A DNA stretch of 63,987 nt, counting the filler, from Catajapyx aquilonaris (taxonomy: Eukaryota): assembly GCA_000934665.2 (NCBI GenBank). It is 3 parts of 3 records of this genome, joined end to end, with 100 filler letters (N's around TTAATTAATTAA, not from the genome) between each part and the next. Parts side by side here need not be neighbours in the genome. Positions count along the whole stretch, not along the records: positions 43,241 to 63,987 come from JYFJ02006200.1; 2 more parts are not named here. The stretch is one strand, 5' to 3'. Below, one piece after another: positions 60,457 to 63,987 of this stretch (the stretch's first letter is position 1; each line of letters opens with the position of its first letter). The notes under the pieces were generated by a model. It did no database searches and was not told the origin of the DNA. It saw only the letters and a program-made list of their open reading frames with translations. The position numbers were made by a program, and so were the translations under genes.

Positions 60457-60801
60457 TTATTATTATTATTATTATTATCCCGTTAGAGAGAACTCAGCTC
60501 TTTTTGGGGAGTGGAACACCACCATTTTCCATTTTCCCAGGGTTTTTTCTTCAGCTCCATGCCAGGATGAAAGGAAATAGGGTAGGGATAGGTTTTTTTG
60601 GGGGGGAGGAGACAAGAAGGGTACAGGTGCAATGTCGGAACGTTGGGTCATGTGCAGTCTCCGTGGAGGTAGGTTGCCAGACACCTCCAAGGCGCAGTGT
60701 CAGAGACCCTCCCAACGCAGCCGACAGGGAAATCCGAGACAGGGCTCGAACCCAGGACCTTTTGATCAGCAAGCCAAGCGGTTACCAGCTTGGCCACCCC
60801 C
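60457..60801 (-). mobile_element. tRNA-derived SINE, family C (A-like body, different head and tail)
   Basis: TSD CAGTACA; A-box TGGCCAAGCTGG and B-box GGTTCGAGCCC on minus; shares GGGTCATGTGCAGTC..AGGTTGCCAGACACC..GTCAGAGACCCTCC with family A. Confidence 0.82.
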
Positions 60802-62051
60802 CAGTACAGTACAGTAATTCCATATCACCCACTACTGTGTGACCTCCAAAAGCCAGCTTTCACCAGGTAAAAATATAAACACAAAAGGTAAATTACGAGA
60901 TTGGTTCATGTTTTTTGAGTGATGAACTTCCTGAATTGCATAATAATTCAAATACACAATTAGGATGACAAATCCATGACAGACCTGCTGGAGCATTCCA
61001 CCAACCATTAAGTCAGTGTGATTCCTTTTTTTCTGGGCAAAGCGGTTAAACAAGATGATTAGCACATGAAATTGTCCAGACTTTTGCAAGACATTATGAG
61101 TAATCAATGTTCTCTGTAAATTGACAGAAAAATGATCTGAGTTCACAGATACCAAGAGCTCTTGACTCCATCACACATCACCAACTGGAAAGAATTAGAT
61201 AGTGACCAACACCTTAGATGACTATCACATCCAAATCACAATCATTGCTTGTCAGCTGGATATATCAATTACCATGAGGCCATTCACTTGTTCAGAACTG
61301 ATGAACAGTTTAAGACTTTAAGTAATGTCAAACATTCTACAGCATCCTCCATCTACCATGGAGTCCACACCAAAGAGAATGTCTTCTTCATTGGCACTGA
61401 ATTAGCTGCTGCAGCTTCTCCTTAGTAAAGTCATAGGTGTTGAACAACTCACGAATCCAAATGCATTTGCACGAGGCAATTAATATGGAAAAGTAAAGTA
61501 GGAATGTGGGTTTCATGCACGTTTCATTCCTAATGGTGCATAATTATGTGGGTTTTTTAAAAATTTATGCCAAGGAAACCCTTCTGAATTGCCCTCGTAA
61601 AAGAATTTTTATAGGCACAACAAAAATGAAACACCATAATTATCTTGTCCACAACTAGAAAATCAGGCACTCTAAAAAATTGCTCTCCACAAGGAAACTA
61701 AAAGGGAACTGCATGTCACTGCTGCTTCATTTATTTGGGATTTCTTCCCAGTTTAAGTGCTCAAGATCTTGAAACACACTTGAGATAAATAACCAGTCCC
61801 ATACATAATGTCGCAAAAGCAAGATGAGAAATAAAAAGTCTTCTATGCATAGGACAACTAAGCACTCATAGTCCGACAGGATAGCAATACAGTAACTGCG
61901 ACTTGGTATTGTGGAGGGAAAGAACCTGTGCCCTCCTTAGGAAATGCAAGAGGATTCTACACTAGGTATGTAAGGTCTTAGCATCTTACTTTATGGCATG
62001 GAATACTAATACATTTTATGTGCCATTCAGCACAGAGCAACATCTAATGTA

Positions 62052-62190
62052 CTATAGGGCTCAAATTGTTCTGGCCACTTTATCCTGGTTCTTGAAGCAA
62101 CCCTTTGCACAGGCCCCATGGTGAGGAGGTGTGTGTGAAGGGTTGCTTCTTGGCCAGGATAAAGTGGCCAAAACAATTTGAGCCCCATAG
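62052..62190. mobile_element. Small hairpin MITE (TA|CTAT..ATAG|TA)
   Basis: CTATAGGGCTCAAATTGTTCTGGCCACTTTATCCTGG..GAAGCAACCCTT / AAGGGTTGCTTC..CCAGGATAAAGTGGCCAAAACAATTTGAGCCCCATAG. Confidence 0.8.
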
Positions 62191-63230
62191 TACCAAAGTC
62201 AAGGAAAAGAGTTAAGTTGGATCTGTGAATGAACCAAAAATGGGGAAGGATTCAAAATAATTAGTGTAGTACCATCAATAAATCAAATTGTACTACTGCA
62301 GACTCAGAGCAGGTATCAAAACAAGGTGCAACAAGCAGCGTCTCACCTAGTGTATTTTCACTCCCCTAGATTTTAATGATTCTAATGTGGTAGACAAATC
62401 AGATATCAAAGTTGATTTTACAATAAAACAATGTTCCTTTCCAGTCACTGTCCAAGCTAGCCCCCGGCAACTCTATGATAAGGTAGCGTACTTACGAAGT
62501 CGCCACCCCGGATATGGCACTGGCATCACTCACTGGGGACAGTGGGTTGCCAGGCGCACTTAGGCGGTTGGCAGCAGAATCTGTGGATGGGGCTGAGGGT
62601 GCTGTACTGAGTATTGACGGTTTGGGTTGGTTCAGAAAGCTTCTGCCAGGTGAGCCAGACTACATCCAGGATGGTGGAGACGCTATAGGTACACTACCAT
62701 CAGCATAGGGTTAGGGTGGGAGTTGCAGGGGGCTGGTCCAAGCCAAAGTAAAGCATCACCTGCATGTCTCATTTCATCTGAGGCTTTGGCCACACACGCT
62801 CCCCCACCCCATTTTGCTACTGTGTCAATATGTAAATCTGTGACAAAACACTTGTGGTCCCTAGCTTACCTACCAAGATAATTCATTTCATTACAAACCT
62901 AGAAGCCAAACATGCAGTATGTTGTGTCAAGTGTTCCCCATTCCATCTATGTCATCGATAATAATAAATCTGTGTACACGCCAATGGACTTTTTATTATA
63001 TATATTATTACTGCATTGCTTTGCCACTGACCACTGCCAGTAAAATTTCACCAAATATGTATTGCTTTTTTGTACAATGCTTTCAGCCATAATAATTGTG
63101 CAAGTCCTCCACAAGTTGATTCACAGAACCAATTCAGGAGGCAAAAGCCAAAGACACTGTGTTGTCCAGCAACACCTATCTTGGAACAATCACACCCGTT
63201 ATGTTTCCCTCAGTCCTCCTTCCCCTCATC

Positions 63231-63596
63231 TCAGAACTTTGGCAACCTTTCTCTGGATGGAGACTTGGCCAGAGTTTGCAGATCATCCAAACTCTTCTTG
63301 GCTGCAGAGGAGAGATCATCTAAGGAGCGCCTGGTGTTGTGGATGAATTCATCCGTGCTCTTGGTGAAGTCTGCCACCTCTTCATTAATCCTCCCTATCA
63401 CCCACTCCATCCCTTGACGGCCTTTGTTGGCATTGGTCGATATGGTGGAAGTCAACAGGTTCTCCATGTAGTTGTTCAAGGGCACCCCCCTCACTGTCAC
63501 CACTGCCTCCTGCTTTAGCAGTGTCTTTGCAGAGTCACCAGGATCAGGAACATATGAAAGGGTCTCATCAACTGCGATGAAGTTACAGAATGTCAG
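63231..63596 (-). CDS. slmo: slowmo / PRELI domain-containing protein 3 (PRELID3), last coding exon
   Basis: Exon follows a CAG acceptor at 63597-63599 and encodes LTFCNFIAVDE..KTLLKQEAVVTVRGVPLNNYMENLLTSTISTNANKGRQGMEWVI..HNTRRSLDD. This matches the PRELI/MSF1 C-terminus and the insect slowmo-type extension. Stop at 63231-63233. Confidence 0.92.
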   Translation of the reverse strand: MTFCNFIAVDETLSYVPDPGDSAKTLLKQEAVVTVRGVPLNNYMENLLTSTISTNANKGRQGMEWVIGRINEEVADFTKSTDEFIHNTRRSLDDLSSAAKKSLDDLQTLAKSPSRERLPKF

Positions 63597-63987
63597 CTGC
63601 AAATAAAATGGATATATAAGTTAGCAACTTAGCATCACAAAATCTGCTAGTAGTCATATCTAACCTTGTTAGACTTCAATAATATTACTCCTTTTGCATG
63701 TAGAAGTTAATCGAATGTAATCGATCATATTAAAATCCTTGCAGTGTTTGTATAAGCCCTCGGATTGGTCCGCCCCCATATTGTTGTTACCGCCACGTTC
63801 CGATTGGCCCACGTTCATTGTTACCTGGGCGTATTGTTACCATGACGCTTCCGATTGGCCCCCATTCCGAGCATGTGCAATGGGTGGACGAATGCCACAG
63901 TCACTTGCTGGACATCAATGAGGACACAGTCATCTCCTCTCCCGTGAAGACCCCTCGACCCTTCCACCCTCCTCCACCCACGTCTTC

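Overview
Eukaryotic, AT-rich genomic DNA from an arthropod, most likely an insect (slowmo-type PRELI protein, insect-type SINE bodies). Two 100-bp artificial spacers (N44-TTAATTAATTAA-N44 at 21535-21634 and 43141-43240) split the window into three probably unlinked scaffolds. Segment 1 holds two tandem, intron-matched SLC17 (sialin/Picot-like) transporter genes on +. Segment 2 holds the 3' part of a THEG-repeat (sperm microtubule-associated) gene on +, convergent with the 3' PH-domain part of RalGPS on -. Segment 3 holds the 5' part of HYDIN on -, with a canonical RFX X-box about 115 bp upstream of the inferred ATG, and the last exon of slowmo/PRELID3 on -. Introns and intergenic DNA carry many non-autonomous transposons: Tc1/mariner/pogo, hAT, piggyBac-, Kolobok- and Harbinger-like MITEs, foldbacks, tRNA-derived SINEs and LINE 3' ends, often nested. 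I see no new protein-based system. The best leads are modular SINEs sharing a core and a LINE-type tail, palindromic MITEs carrying X-box and forkhead motifs around the HYDIN promoter, a 30-bp perfect palindrome with an 8-bp TSD, and elements resembling mammalian MER1/MER2. All family assignments come from reading the sequence and from remembered motifs; no database search was run.
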